Source of the DNA: Nemertoderma westbladi
Taxonomy: Eukaryota > Animalia > Xenacoelomorpha
Assembly: GCA_032718475.1 (NCBI GenBank)
Contig: JAUCBJ010001357.1
Coordinates: 1 to 58,877, forward strand
DNA length: 58,877 nucleotides
Reading direction: 5' to 3'
In this document: in pieces, positions 22,571-35,101 of the stretch
How positions within the stretch are numbered: the stretch's first letter is position 1
How the letters are laid out: each line of letters begins with the position of its first letter
Made by a program: the position numbers and the translations under genes
The notes under the pieces: model-generated
What the model was told of the DNA's origin: nothing
Seen by the model: only the letters and a program-made list of their open reading frames with translations
Databases searched by the model: none

Positions 22571-23381
22571 TATTTAATATTAAATAATAAAATTTACGGG
22601 AATAAATTTAAATTCATATTTTAATGAATTTGATAAATTGTCATTTTTATACAATTTATAACTTTCCCAAAATTCCATTAATTAATAGATCATGGGAGCG
22701 GAGATTTACCCTATTAAGTGTATTAGTGTGCGAGAATCTCCAATATATAGTCAATAGCCGATAAAATTTATAAAATCATGTATAAAGGGGATATTGACAA
22801 TTAAAGAATTACTATTAAATAGCATCCCAGATCTGTATGCATGAGAATTACCCTAATTCTACCGCTAGCTTTCCATAATGTCACCATAGCAACAACCACG
22901 CTAGAATTAGAAGTGAGTTAAAAGAACAATAGAAAGCTTACCCCATTGAATAGCATAGGGAATAAATAGCACACTGCTAGTATCCAAGGATACATAATAA
23001 TAACGTAGCATTCTGGAAGGCACTTGACTAATGGACAAATGGCCCGAATGTGTACAATTTGTGACAGTTGTGTGGAATTTGTGCATTTATAGGTGAATGT
23101 TACTACTAAAGTGTATTTACAGTAGCGAGTCGCAATTGTGAAAGTAGCCCTAACTCTGCAGCAAGAACCTGAAGTAAATCTAAGCCTTTGGGATGGACAG
23201 TGGAGTGACTTGTGCCGGTTATCGTTGTCGTTGTGTAGCTACTACGTTGGCGAAAACACAGCGACGACGGTACATCGGCGCTGAGGATCTTGCACTGTCC
23301 GGGGGCAGAGAGGGGTAGGCAGCGACGCCCGCTAGCCTAAATATAAACTCATTATAATATTGATAAACTCATATAGCAGAT

Positions 23382-26300
23382 ATGACTGAGTTGATAGAAG
23401 ATGATCTTGGTATCAGGGAGCGATATACTCTACCTTTACAAGCGTTTGTTGATAGCTTGATACGCGGCGACGCTGGTCCAACTACTACGGAGGACGATGG
23501 TCGTTATATCGAACCGCCAATGTCCCAGGAGCAACTTACGCGTGAATTGGACTATAGAAAATTCACCGCTCGCTATACGCATCGTAATGGTACGTATATG
23601 GACTTCTTAACTACTGGCCATCCTATCTATTTACACGATACGGATGATGTAGACACCGAAAGGGAAATGGTTTTATTTAAATATCATACCCAGCGGAGTC
23701 GGAACGATAAACCGAGAATAGAACACGAGAATTCTATTCGAAACAGACTCGAAAGGGAAGATGTTGAAGAGCCGGATAAACGCAGCGACTTCAACGATTA
23801 TCTGGAATTCCTGAGAGAAACATATCTCAATATTGCCAGTCAACAAAATCTAGAAACTCGATATCCTCAAGGTATACATCATGACCCTATGATAGAACTG
23901 AAACGACTCTATTTCACTATGATGTATCTTACCGCCGATTGACCGCTACCTGTCGTCCCAGATAGCTTCGAACAGATGGAGGAATATTGTAAAACTGGAG
24001 AACGATCACCCGCGTTTCCCCTGCAGGACGTGCGTCTTTGGTATTACTGCGACAAATGCCCTAGACCCAATCAGCAAACGGAAAGACATAAACATCCGCG
24101 GAGACGTTGCGCTAAACACAGTTTTACACGATATACTTATGGGAGTTTCGAGCGAAACCTGTTCGATATATCACCTACGCTCGCTCGACTCAAACGATCC
24201 TTAAATAAACCGATGATCAGAGTTCCGGAATACTCGGTCAGACCTCCTCATTCCTCAGTGAGACCTCAAACGCTTGATCCTAATAGTATAACGGATCCCC
24301 CTGAACTGTACTCACTATTTAAAGATCTTGTGTTACCCGAACAATTAATCGGTGGCACTCAGGTAGTGGGCTCTCTAGATATTCGCCAACCCTACCTAGC
24401 CGGATTAGGACGCGGTCATCTAATATCGCCGTTTAACCCGTACAACCGTCCAGGCTTAACCCCGGTACAACCCGTTACCGAAGTCGAAGAGAGTGTTGTA
24501 CGAAACGCGTTAGACGCTATTCGGCAGAAGATCGGAAAGGGAACTTACGATTGTTTAGAGAAACGCAAATTGCAGCAACAAGTCCAAGCGGTGAAAGAAT
24601 TAGCTTTACCCCAGTTCGATAGAGAAATCCAGAATCGCGAGGAAGACATCGAACGTGGACGAACCTACTCTCTACAAGAGTTCCTAGACGAGCGTTTACA
24701 ACAACAAGCGGAGGAAAATCGGCTCGAGGAGAAACACATAGAAATGGATGAGAGAGAAGAAGCAGCTTTAGCCCAGCCGGCAGCTCAAATCCTTATGACA
24801 GATCTCTATTCTAAAACCATCATCCATCCTTAGATGGTTCCCCATTTCGGAGACAAACTCTTCGCCACGGCACAGCCTCAACCGGTTGATATCAACCTAA
24901 GATCTCAAGATCTTATCGCTGACGTTCCCATGTTGCAACGTCTGCCAATCGAGGCCGCTCGTGTCGATGGTATACTTGTTGAACCTCCGGACAATAGAGC
25001 GGATCTTGTCCGTCGTATGGTACACGAGGTTAACATACGCGCTAGACCTTTACCGAACTCGTTTTATGGGATCAAAGATAACCCTTATTATGTCAATCTA
25101 ATGCAATATTACATGGTAAAACCGGAAGATCCTACACATAGTCTGAGGTTTCTACCACTAATAAATCCTCTCGATCTTGTCGAACTCGAACAACTGCAGA
25201 AACATCTGGATCAGTTAGTCAAAGTAAACTCATTTCGAAAACCCTATAATGTTTCCAGAATAGAGAAAGAGACAATACCTCCGTATAATCTTGATGGATT
25301 CATCAAAACTCGATTAGTAAACTGGAATCTCGATGTGTTATTCGAGGAGGAAAGAATACAACGATATGGAGATGTAGAGACATATACTATACAATATTTA
25401 AAGTATAGAGATCTACCTAATGCTAGCGAATGCGCTACCTTATGGCATCCAGTGGGAATGACTCTAGAAAACGCCACTAAAGAGTGGAATGAGACTCTTA
25501 ACGTTATCGAGATGTATGGAGTTGTCACCTACGATAACGAAGGTAGCGTTCCGGTTGGAGAACTGGGAACTACGCGAATGATACATATACGAGGACTAGC
25601 TGGTTCTACCCACGTATTTACTCGAGCGTGTTCCGATGTGATTGATTATTCTTTTGAGACCCTTACCGAGATACAAAAGAAACTCCGACATGGACAATTC
25701 GAACTCGCGCAGCGTTACGTCACCGACACCGAGCGCAAACCGGCCATGGGTATCGATGGATCGATGTTACCCCAGCCCGTGCTCGAGATGTTGTTTAACG
25801 AAAGAATCCTTAAAATCGGCTCAGCTGTTTATGGAGATCTCCAAAACGACTTTCGGAACATGGAGAACATTCCATACCCTTTCGTCGATACTCAGCTGAT
25901 TGCTCCCTGGGCAGAAGGCCGAGGTTTCTTCCGCACTATGTATGCAAATACACCCAGCGGCATTACTAAAGTACAACGAACCTCCATCGGACATCTTGCC
26001 TTTCAAGAATACGGATGGAATTTCAAGGTTGGAAATCCTATCAACTACCAACAAGTATATGGAGATCATTATTCTCGATTATACTTTGACGGACCATTGA
26101 CCGCACCTGGCGCCGTATATAGCTTTATGAGAGTTCCACTTCGTCCCTCCTTAGCTATATACACGATCTTTGAAAACGCCGCACTTGCCGGTTGGCTAGC
26201 CGATGTGTGCAGTCGTACCATACGCGCCCATCCCTTAATACATGGAACCAAACTCGCCAAGCTAGATGAACACAATAAATTCATCCGCTTCGAATGTTTC

Positions 26301-27638
26301 AGGCGCTTTCTGACTCCGTTCCGTAACATTGATAGTCAGTTCAAGGACCGCGCCCTGACCAAACTCAGCCTAAGAGACTCAGCAGCGGAGAAGTTAGACA
26401 GCGCGGGATTCACCCTTTTCAAGGACGTTTGTATACAGAACTTACATTCATCTGTTATACAAAGACCTCGAATACCCACGGGTTATTCTGTCATGGAAGT
26501 TCAGACAGTGGGTTCGCTTGCGGAGACAGCCGCACCTATCTCAGCTATGCAATTGGAAGACGAACCAATATGCTTAGAATCTGAGGAGATTCAGCCTACA
26601 GCGCCCCGGAGCAGCGATAACGACTATGTCTTGGAATGGTATCAAGGTCCACAATGTCTCACCGCATACGATTATCGGCACGCCAACTATATTTCTCGAA
26701 AACATTGCCAATTATGCGCATCGAGAGATCATTTCACCCCTATGGACTCAGACGTACCCTGCTCCTATTTCCATGAACAACCGATGATGGAGATCTATTG
26801 TGCGTATTGCAGACTCAATAACTCGCACATTTTTGCAGTCTGCCCCCAATTTATGACTCAATGCCACCACTGTCAACTTAAAGGAGGACATGCCAGTTTT
26901 AATTGCCCTTTTAACCGCGATCTGGAAAGAGTAGCTGAGATGATTACCCTGCGTTACATCCGAGCTTGGGAAGCGAATGCGGATTTACATTGTGAGTCAC
27001 GCCATCGCTATTACCCTGGACGCGCCTACGAGGGAGTTTACGCGTTCCATCCTTATCTATTCGCGTCTGTTGAACAAAAAACACGCACACCGAGTTACGA
27101 ACTAATGAAGCGTGTTGGTGAGTGTATTTCCACCAAATTTGTTCGAAAATATCTCAGGAACGTCAATCCTAACGATATTAATTCATACCATTTGATCAAT
27201 TTCATCCGTCAAGACCCTGAGTATGGCGATTTATTTATCAACTCGCACCCTGAGTTACAGGAAGTATCTCGACGGCCCTACGAATATCGAGCCCGAGAAT
27301 GCGAGCTGGAAAGAACCATTAAACCGAGGAAGTTTCTCACCACTCACGGTCCACCTACCGCTATTGTCCAGACGACTCGTCAGGGACCAGTAGGAGCTGC
27401 TGTCCTAAGACGCCCCCTAAAGGCTGTTAGACCTCGCTCCACTGAAGTTGATATCGATCAACCAGGTACCTCGACCGGCGGATACACAGATCGTAATCCT
27501 AAACCTTCTGATGCAATTGTATTGCACCCTTCACCCAGGAGTTATAGCCCTCCTAGTAAAGTGGCTCGCCCTAAAGAGAAAAGGACTCTTGCTATCCTCA
27601 AAAAACTGCGTAAACGCCGTCCGCGTAAGAAAGACTAA
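23382..27638 (+). pseudogene. Extra ORF of the LTR element (~1418 codons, two in-frame stops): coiled-coil, DnaQ/WRN-like 3'-5' exonuclease, three CCHC zinc knuckles, basic NLS-like tail
   Basis: Three ORF-track pieces are in one frame (TGA at 23940, TAG at 24831). Motifs: VVTYDNEG, LPQPVLEMLFNERILKIGSAVYGDL, FVDTQ, AIYTIFE; CQLCx4Hx9C, CAYCx5Hx4C, CHHCx5Hx4C; KKLRKRRPRKK. Confidence 0.75.
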
Positions 27639-27708
27639 CTGTTTAGAGTATTTTTATATTTTAGAAACTGTGATTTTTTATTTTTTTTAGAATTAAATCC
27701 CATTTTCT

Positions 27709-27716
27709 GGGAGCGG
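27709..27716 (+). other. Polypurine tract of copy B
   Basis: GGGAGCGG lies immediately before the TGTAAAGG LTR start. Confidence 0.7.
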
Positions 27717-28915
27717 TGTAAAGGCTTTTGCGGAATTAGCTGGTTATTTTTCCCGCAAAGTACTCTGTAGGTGTTTTAACGGACATAAAAAACCGTTTCC
27801 TTACTGTACCGGTGTTTTAGTGGACATAAAAAGCCATTTCTTCTGTATGTGTACTTTAGCGGACATAACTAGCGATTTTATGTCGCAATAAGCCAAAATC
27901 CTCTTGATACAGTATAGTTACCATGACGACATCTAACAGCTGATATGTACACGTGTAACTTTTCCTTTGTTTCTTTGTTCGGTCAACCAATCAGGGCGAT
28001 TCTCATGTTATTTGTACAGAAACCTCCGGGAAATCGCGCAATGCATTACGGTTTATGTTTACCTTTTTTCCTGATGCCAGAAGACCAGCTGTGGAATATT
28101 TCTGTGTTTCAGGCTTTAGCAAAACATTAGTAGGCTTTGATCATAGAAACGTATAACTGTTATCTCATATCACAAGTCAAACGCAACATATCAAACGAAT
28201 CACACTTGTCATATGGTCATATCTCATACAAACACCGCATTATTTTACTGCTATTTACTGTCGGTTATTAATTATATCAGTTGATGGAATATTGTTATAT
28301 TTGGATAATATCGATAAATAATCATAAAACCCCAATCTTCTTGATATACTGAATGTAAGAGACTGGTTACATATAACGATTGCGACTTACATTAAAGTGG
28401 TTTTGGAGTGAATCTAATGCTATTTCATAGGCACTACATGTGTCGGTTGCTGTTCTCTTTATATGTGAGTAAAATTAGTGAAGGTCGGCAGATCGGTGTG
28501 CAGCATTGTGCGGTAGTGTGCATGACTGTGACAGATAACAAAGCATCTCCTAAAGAATGCGCCTTATACGTGAATCATTAGCCATCCCGTTGTGTTTAGT
28601 GTAAGTCATAACTCTGTTTACATACTTAGAGCGCCACGTCCTAAAGGAACTGTTGATATTTCCCGAAAGTGAATAATATTTGTCAGAGATTATATATTAA
28701 CGATCAGTCGAATAATACAGTAGGCCTACACCGCAATAAGGTCAGAGCTTCCGAATCCAGTCTCCCGGGTATATCCAGCGGGTGAATGGTCGCACATAGA
28801 CTGGCTTCGGCTAATGTAGTGTATCAAATACTCGTCATAGGCTAAAGTCGATTTATAACCTAGAAGACACCTAAATTTGGCAGGTTAAACTGCTAAAGGT
28901 CTGAAAGCGCGAACA
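27717..28915 (+). repeat. 3' LTR of copy B (~1.2 kb, TGT...ACA)
   Basis: Colinear with 51904-53069. Homology stops at GCGCGAACA. Confidence 0.9.
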
Positions 28916-29715
28916 TATATTTCACTTTCCAGTATTCTCCCATGTGAAGAATACCCTTCAAATAATTTGTGGTGATGTGAAAGAAACAACTAATGTCTAT
29001 GTTCGCCCATTGCATCTATTGTCCCGTTATCATTACTATTTATTATTATCATTTATTATCCCTCAGATAAACGCGGTTGGTATTGTTGGTTGGAACTGCT
29101 TTTGATTCTATATTTAATGATGTAAATTTTTCAGTTAGTGGAGATTTTCGGGACGATACAAACCAATAACAAACAACCTAACAGATAACTGAATGGACAT
29201 AATATTATTAAGCTAAATGCTGGTTTATTCGTTTATTTTTATGTTACATTTATCGGAACCAAACTGCACCTAAAACTATCTGACTACATGACTATGTTGT
29301 AATACCTTCTGATTTTCAGTGGTCTATATTCTGATATTAGACTAATTTTAATTTCGTTCCCATGGTACCGTACCCAATATTGGCAGGAGGCAGTGAAGGG
29401 TAATATTCAGTTAATCCGCATCATATCGGTAAGTCAATTATTAAATAAATTAAATTGTTTCAGAGAATAATAATTAATGTAATTAATTCATATAAGTGTT
29501 ATTTATTATTACTTACTATGGTACGTGGTACGGTACTGAATTAGACCCTAGGCCTAACTAATTAATTGAACGTGTTGTAATAAAAGAAGTCTATTAATTA
29601 ATTACCTGCAATAATATGCCGGTTATCTTTACAGAAATCCACAGCGTCGATGTGGCTCCCAGATCCTTCAATCCGGTTGATAACCTCCCCAGTTACAGAA
29701 TTTATTATATTATAT

Positions 29716-30452
29716 TTATTTATATATATTCTCCCCAACAGCATCGATCCTCAACCCGTTGGGACTCAATACGATCTTCCGGACCTCAGGAGTTGCTTCC
29801 TGTCTCCACAAGGTCTCCCCTGTACCAACAACGAAGCGATGGATCATCCCTCCCTCACTTACCGACACCACAGTCTCCCCATCCGGACCCCAACACAGAC
29901 CCCAGACCCTCCCACTGTGCCCCCGGTATTGGTACAACAGCTCCCGGGTTCCGGTCCGCCAAACTTTTACTGTTCTATGCCGCGAACAGCTGGCCAACCG
30001 GGACCCGTTCGAGTCGAACCGAATACATTTAACCCACCCAGAATGCCCCACCCAGTTCGTAACCTTATAGTTCCTACCAGTTATTGATATAATAGAAATC
30101 CCCCCGACGTCCCCACATGTTGCTATGACGTCCCGGTTGGAGGGATTTATATCTATTCCCGCTCTACCCTCCCCCTCACCAACCACTAACTCCCACCCCG
30201 GTACCTCCACTACGACCCTCCAACCGCTCGCTTCCCGCTCCCAGACAGTCACCGAACCCCCAAGGTTCCCGAGGCAACGCGGTTCCCGTCCGTAGAAACC
30301 GCGACTGTGTAGTAATCGATAGAACCTCCGGATCGCGGTAGATATTCCTTTTCGTAGAGAGTCGATGAGTTTATGATACAGGGGAGGTTGTGAGACACAA
30401 AGACAAACTCTTCGGTACCCGGGATAAGTTTGAGATCCCGGATCGCCGCCAT
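29716..30452 (-). pseudogene. WD40-repeat protein (~245 codons), with one frameshift in a G homopolymer
   Basis: VAVSTDGNRVASG..VTVW, GHSGWVKCIRFDSNGSRLASCS..RTVKVW, GHSGRVWGLCWGPDG. Adding one base in the C5 run at 30257-30261 joins the two ORFs. Confidence 0.8.
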
Positions 30453-30768
30453 TGTTAGGGGAATTATTGAATCTAAAAGATAAAATAACATTTAACTATA
30501 ATTTATTCTTCTTAATCGAATATAATTATATATAATAAAGGGGGGGGGGGGGGGGGGGGGCGCTACCGGGCCCCGAAATCTAAATCTAATGGAATATATG
30601 TTATAGTACTTTTTTCTTTTATCATTTTTAGGCCTTTTTACATCACTCATAGGAAAGTACAATGTTATTCCCGTGCTCTGCCAGAAATGGCAACCATGCC
30701 TCAAAGAATAACTATTATACAGTGTTGTAGAAACCACTGTAACCCCGTATGCCGGCCATGCGTGTTAA

Positions 30769-30882
30769 TTAATTATAAATGATTTGTTGTGGGGTGGGTG
30801 ACTGCGAATAAATATATGTTATAGTATTTTAACATATATTTATTCGCCGTCACCCACCCCACAACAAATCAATTATAATTAA
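30769..30882. repeat. Near-perfect ~114-bp palindrome (foldback/MITE-like)
   Basis: GATTTGTTGTGGGGTGGGTGAC.GCGAATAAATATATGTTA pairs with TAACATATATTTATTCGC.GTCACCCACCCCACAACAAATC. Confidence 0.85.
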
Positions 30883-32400
30883 ATGTAATGGAACGTTGGG
30901 AGGAGTTTAACGGTTAATCCAACTAACAGTGTTTATGTTGTAGTCACGACGAGCCGCCGAGAGTTTATTGTGTGTGAATAACAGATGTTGTCCTCACGTA
31001 AGTTTGAAGATGATATTTGGTTAATATTTATTTTGAACTAGAATATAATACCTACTTAGTATTTATATATTAATTTGAAATATTATTGTATTTGTGTGTA
31101 GAATACGTATCAAATTATCGCAATACGTATCAGTTTCGAAAGAAAACAAAACAATAAACCGGTCTATATAAAGCTCAACAAGGAAACTCCAGTTGGTGAG
31201 GAATCCCTGCCTGCCTGCTAATATTATCAACCTTTAATACAATTTACTAGCGTGATGGCCCCTTATCCACCACGTATACTGCAAGCTAAACTGCCGATAG
31301 GTAAGGGTTGTATCGAGTACAATTTATAAACAAACAAATATAAACAACAATTTATCCTAATTTTCCCACTAAAACAAATTCTGTATATTTCTATACACCG
31401 CACCGCTGTCGACGGTAGTAAAAGGAAGGAAACTATACGCAATACTAAACCTGGTTATCTCGTGGATGAATTTGCCGATATTCTCTAATTTTCACTTCTA
31501 CTCTGTAAAGTAACTGTATGAGTGTCAAACTAATGATTGTGAGAGAGATGATTAGCTATCTAAATACCCAAATACATTTATTTCTGGACAGTGAATAATG
31601 CTGTAGCTGAAACTTGGTATATAAGCTTACTCACCCCCAACAAAGTCAAAATAATTTAAGATGAAGTGAAATGAATATTAGTATCCCAATGAGACCCAAA
31701 CCTAAGCCAAAACGATGAGCGCTGATACCAAATATATATCAACACTCTCCCCCCTTTGCACTTCCGTGCTGCCTGTGGTTATTATGATGGGGTATCCCGG
31801 TTCAATTTGGCCCAAACCCAAGTACAGGAAATAGTTAAAGCACCAGTTAACCTAATGGAATTGTGTACATCAACCTAATGAGACCCCCCTCCCCTTGTGG
31901 CTTGCCCAGTCCAACTTACTGCCCTTATGTTTCACTCGTGTTGTGTAACATCATCCATCCATTTTGGGCTCCTGCAGTCGGCCGGTACGGCTCGACCTCC
32001 TCACTCCATAATTATATTAGACGGAGAATGCGCCTCTCATGTTAAAACAATGGGGTTTTAATTCCGAACCGATCGCTGGATGTCTTTATCGCATACTGAT
32101 TTGCAAAATTACCAACACAAACAAATAATTGGGTTAATACATATCTATAGGTACGAATACATTTAACGGTACAAAATCAGAACTTGGATATAAGATAAAT
32201 TCAATACAAATGATCTGAAACAAAATTCAATATAAAATCTTGAAGAGTAATAAGAATATAGGTCTGTTTTGCAACCATATAATAACAAAACTGGTTTTTA
32301 CCGGTTCCAGTAAGTTCTCGTTGACATTGCATAAAATTCAGTAAACCGGTTTTTACTTGGATATGAGTAGCTACTAGCTTTCTTATTCGTCCAACAAACA

Positions 32401-34589
32401 GGGCATTTGTAAAACGAGGATACCAGCAAAATCCGCGGATCCTGTTGCGGATACCATAGAAGCAATGACGGATCCCAGTAGGATCCGCGGATCCTAGAAA
32501 CCACGGATCCGCGGATCCAATAATAGTCTATGGTATCCGCATTATACAAATTTGTAAAACGCGGATCCCATAGAAAACCATTAAGGCAGCGGATCCCATA
32601 GACATCATTGAATAACCTTTACATGTCTCTTATGGTGTCCGCTGTTTACAAATTTGTAAAGAGCGGATCCCGTTCATTCAATGCAAATACCGGTACAGTA
32701 GTTAGGCCTTAATTATGTAGTTAATAATAATAATAAGCGAGCATATATTCATATAGCATATATATAGCATATATACTGTCAGACTGTAGCATATATTCGA
32801 CAAATATATTGATATACAAAATAAACTAAAATATCACTGTATTTTTTTTATATAAATCACGAATATAAACGAGACCAAACAGTAAATTACAATAATAATA
32901 TAATATATAACATCTTGTGTACTGTACATCATGCCCTGGAATACAGTCTCATAATTAATTAACTACTAAAGTCTTACATAATACAAATCTTAATGAGATC
33001 GCTTTGGACGACCATATCCAGCTATTTCTCATCTACATTCAGCATATTTGGAATCCTTGTTAATTAAGTCTACCACCTATTTCACAGTAACCAACGATTG
33101 CTATAAGGTTGAGGAAAAAGGACTGGTGCAATATCGACGGAGACACTTTTTAAACGATTGCATCTAAAGAATGAAAGTGAGAATAAAAATTATGATTCAC
33201 ACCGCTAAAGGGTGAAAAGTGGCGAAACTATTTTGACTTTGAGTTATTCTTTTCATGATACAAATTAACAGGAAGATGACATAATACATAATTTATAAGT
33301 AAGACCTCATTAAATTTCAATTTATTAAAGAAATTAATACTGATAAATAAATAATTTTTTTATTAATTAACTTAATTACCGTACCTATTGTATCATACAT
33401 AATAATATTTTACCAGATTAATTATTAGATTTAAAATTATATCTAGGGCCTGAAGCGGTTAATTTTTCAGTCAACCGGTTAACCATTTCCAATTAACCGG
33501 TTAAAAAGTAGAAATGTTTGTGGTACAATGGTGCAACATACATACTACGGTACATACTATGAAACTGAAAGTTATATCGCTGACAGTCCCTAAACTTAAG
33601 CTACAGTACCGGTATGTATATTTTTATGTAAGCTAAGCTAAGAGGTATCCGTCCCTACTTGCAATACTGTTAAGTGCCTCTATTGCTCTATTGTGATAGA
33701 GCCACCGGTACTATAGTGTATGTATACTGTACTGTAGTCCTACAGCTGCATACAGTACAAAATGAATTTCTGAAACATCGCAATGGGAAATAAACATTAA
33801 TTAAAATGGTAACATACAGGTAATAAAACTGGTAACAGAACCTGAAAACCTCAAAATGGGACATTAAGCCGGTTAACCGGTTAATCAATTTATAACCGGA
33901 TAATTTGAATTAACCGGTTAACCGCTTCAGGCCCTAATTATATCATATTAAAGCTGTGCCAATTACCGTACCTATAGGCCTAATAAATAATATAAAAAAA
34001 AATTAAACAAAAAATTAACAAGCTATTATATCTACATCATATAGCCTATAAACAAAAGTCAATTTTATACATCAAGAGACTGTAAGGTAAATAAAACTAC
34101 CGGTATTTAATTTAATACCGGTCGAGGAAAGAATTAAGTGCATTTTTTAGAATACAATGACGCATATACGATATATACGTGTCTTTTTATTCTAAAAATT
34201 ATTGCACTTAATTATTTCCTAGAAACCCTGAATCTTATCCCTTAATCTATATGCTTAACTGTTAACTAACTACATAATTAAGGCCTAACTACTGTACCGG
34301 TATTTGCATTGAATGAACGGGATCCGCTCTTTACAAATTTGTAAACAGCGGACACCATAAGCGACATGTAAAGGATATTCAATGATGTCTATGGGATCCG
34401 CTGCCTTAATGGTTTGCTATGGGATCCGCGTTTTACAAATTTGTATAATGCGGATACCATAGACTATTATTGGATCCGCGGATCCGTGGTTTCTAGGATC
34501 CGCGGATCCTACTGGGATCCGTCATTGCTTCTATGGTATCCGCAACAGGATCCGCGGATTTTGCTGGGATCCTCGTTTTACAAGGGTAC
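32401..34589. mobile_element. Non-autonomous MULE/Foldback-like DNA transposon with ~320-bp TIRs
   Basis: 32407-32723 is the inverted copy of 34267-34583. The flanking direct repeat CAACAAACA (9 bp, extendable by 1-2 bp) is at 32392 and 34590. The TIRs are rich in GGATCC and CCGCGG. Confidence 0.8.
33444..33936. mobile_element. hAT-type MITE (493 bp) nested in the MULE-like element
   Basis: TIR TAGGGCCTGAAGCGGTTAA, 8-bp TSD ATTATATC on both sides, and subterminal AACCGGTT motifs. Confidence 0.9.
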
Positions 34590-34881
34590 CAACAAACAGA
34601 TAAATGGCCAATCACAGCGCCCTTCTTATCACCTACATGGAATGGGCCTGGCGCATGCGCATAACTGAACAGTATCTAAATCAATTTAGAAGAGCCACCC
34701 GTTTAGGTATAAAATGTATGAGTACAAAATATATGAGTTTTTTCCTGTATTGCTACTGCAGTACGTACAGAGTTTAACATTGTGTTTAGTTTAACATCCA
34801 TAGATTGTATAAATTATTAAGTAATTAAACAGGACTAAGGATGATCCAACTCTATAGCAAATGGAGCGGAAAAAATGAATT

Positions 34882-34953
34882 CGCCACCAGCGGGGATCGA
34901 ACCCGCGTCTCCCGATAAACGTCCAGGTATGCTAACCACTACACCACGGAGGC
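34882..34953 (-). ncRNA. tRNA-like Pol III unit (pseudo-tRNA/SINE head), minus-strand copy
   Basis: A box TGGTGTAGTGG, B box GGTTCGATCCC, followed by a T6 terminator. Confidence 0.65.
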
Positions 34954-35029
34954 TCCTGTATCTTGCTATTTCAATAGCAACCGTAAGGTGGCTTATCACC
35001 TATAGCAAATCATTCGGAAAGATGCAGGA

Positions 35030-35101
35030 GCCTCCGTGGTGTAATGGTTAGCATACCTGAACGTTTATCGGGAGACGCGGGTTCGATCCCCGCTGGTGGC
35101 G
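35030..35101 (+). ncRNA. tRNA-like Pol III unit (pseudo-tRNA/SINE head), plus-strand copy
   Basis: 72-nt cloverleaf with atypical anticodon loop ACGTTTA, one acceptor-stem mismatch, and T6 downstream. Confidence 0.65.

Larger units (their letters stand above)
21684..28915 (+). mobile_element. BEL/Pao-like LTR retrotransposon, copy B (3' half: spacer, extra ORF, PPT, 3' LTR)
   Basis: 21684-21965 matches 58600-58877 of copy C. A purine-rich tract (GGGAGCGG) precedes an LTR homologous to that of copy C. Confidence 0.88.

Noticed and set aside
23250-23290. Hammerhead ribozyme (GAAA and CTGAGGA present)
   Set aside because: The segment between the motifs cannot form stems I and III; it pairs into a long hairpin instead.
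4743-27638. Alternative genetic code or programmed readthrough explaining the in-frame stops
   Set aside because: All three stop codons occur internally, they are sparse, and the same codons terminate genes normally.
24834-27638. Envelope glycoprotein in the env position
   Set aside because: No evident signal peptide or transmembrane anchor. It has nuclease-like and zinc-knuckle motifs and a basic tail.
29616-30087. Pro-rich plus-strand ORFs
   Set aside because: They are antisense shadows of the WD40 ORF.
35030-35101. Functional tRNA-Asn(GTT)
   Set aside because: The anticodon loop lacks U33 and a purine at 37, the acceptor stem has a mismatch, and the unit sits in an inverted repeat.
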